This document shows, one piece after another, positions 63,855 through 64,000 of a stretch of 64,000 bases of DNA. Below the pieces are notes generated by a model. The model did no database searches and was not told where the DNA came from. It saw nothing but the letters and a program-made list of their open reading frames with translations. How positions within the stretch are numbered: the first letter of the stretch is position 1; each line of letters starts with the position of its first letter. The position numbers and the translations under genes were made by a program. The DNA is from Callorhinchus milii (Eukaryota): contig NW_024704743.1 of assembly GCF_018977255.1 (NCBI RefSeq), positions 63,800,001 to 63,864,000 of the forward strand. The letters are read 5' to 3'.

Positions 63855-64000
63855 ACAACAACAACAACAACAACAAGGTTCCATTTATAAAGCGCCTTTC
63901 ACGTCAGGAGGACGTCCCAAGGCGCTGCACAGTTGGGTCATGACCCGAGCAGGGGGGAAATGGTCAGGGTGAGGGGAGGGAAGGGAGGAGCGAGGAGGGG
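63855..64000 (-). mobile_element. L2 LINE 3' end with (TTG)n tail, runs off the window
   Basis: (caa)n followed by agcgcctttcacgtcaggaggacgtcccaaggcgct, the reverse complement of the L2 tail stem-loop. Confidence 0.85.

Overview
Repeat-rich vertebrate genomic DNA, most likely from a cartilaginous fish. A holocephalan/elephant-shark-like source is inferred from the repeat families and is not proven. The only host gene I can support is the 3' half of MOCOS (molybdenum cofactor sulfurase) on the minus strand. It has seven GT-AG exons (41913-41751, 36708-36621, 30005-29881, 20960-20855, 16933-16786, 15987-15883, 14707-14573) that splice in frame to 870 nt (289 aa plus stop) and encode the MOSC_N and MOSC domains. 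The ORF track misses all seven, and the upstream exons appear to lie beyond base 64000. The rest is intronic or downstream DNA packed with CR1 and L2 LINE fragments, young and older tRNA/Deu-type SINEs with L2-derived tails, a solo LTR with an intact TSD, a non-autonomous hAT element, and a decayed DIRS-type tyrosine-recombinase relic. The most unusual features are two palindromic elements carrying minimal hammerhead-ribozyme cores (Penelope-like), several apparently locally templated insertions, and a SINE 3' stem-loop whose loop matches the local L2 tail in the young subfamily. I found no evidence for a new protein-coding system. All family assignments are from recognition of motifs, not database searches.
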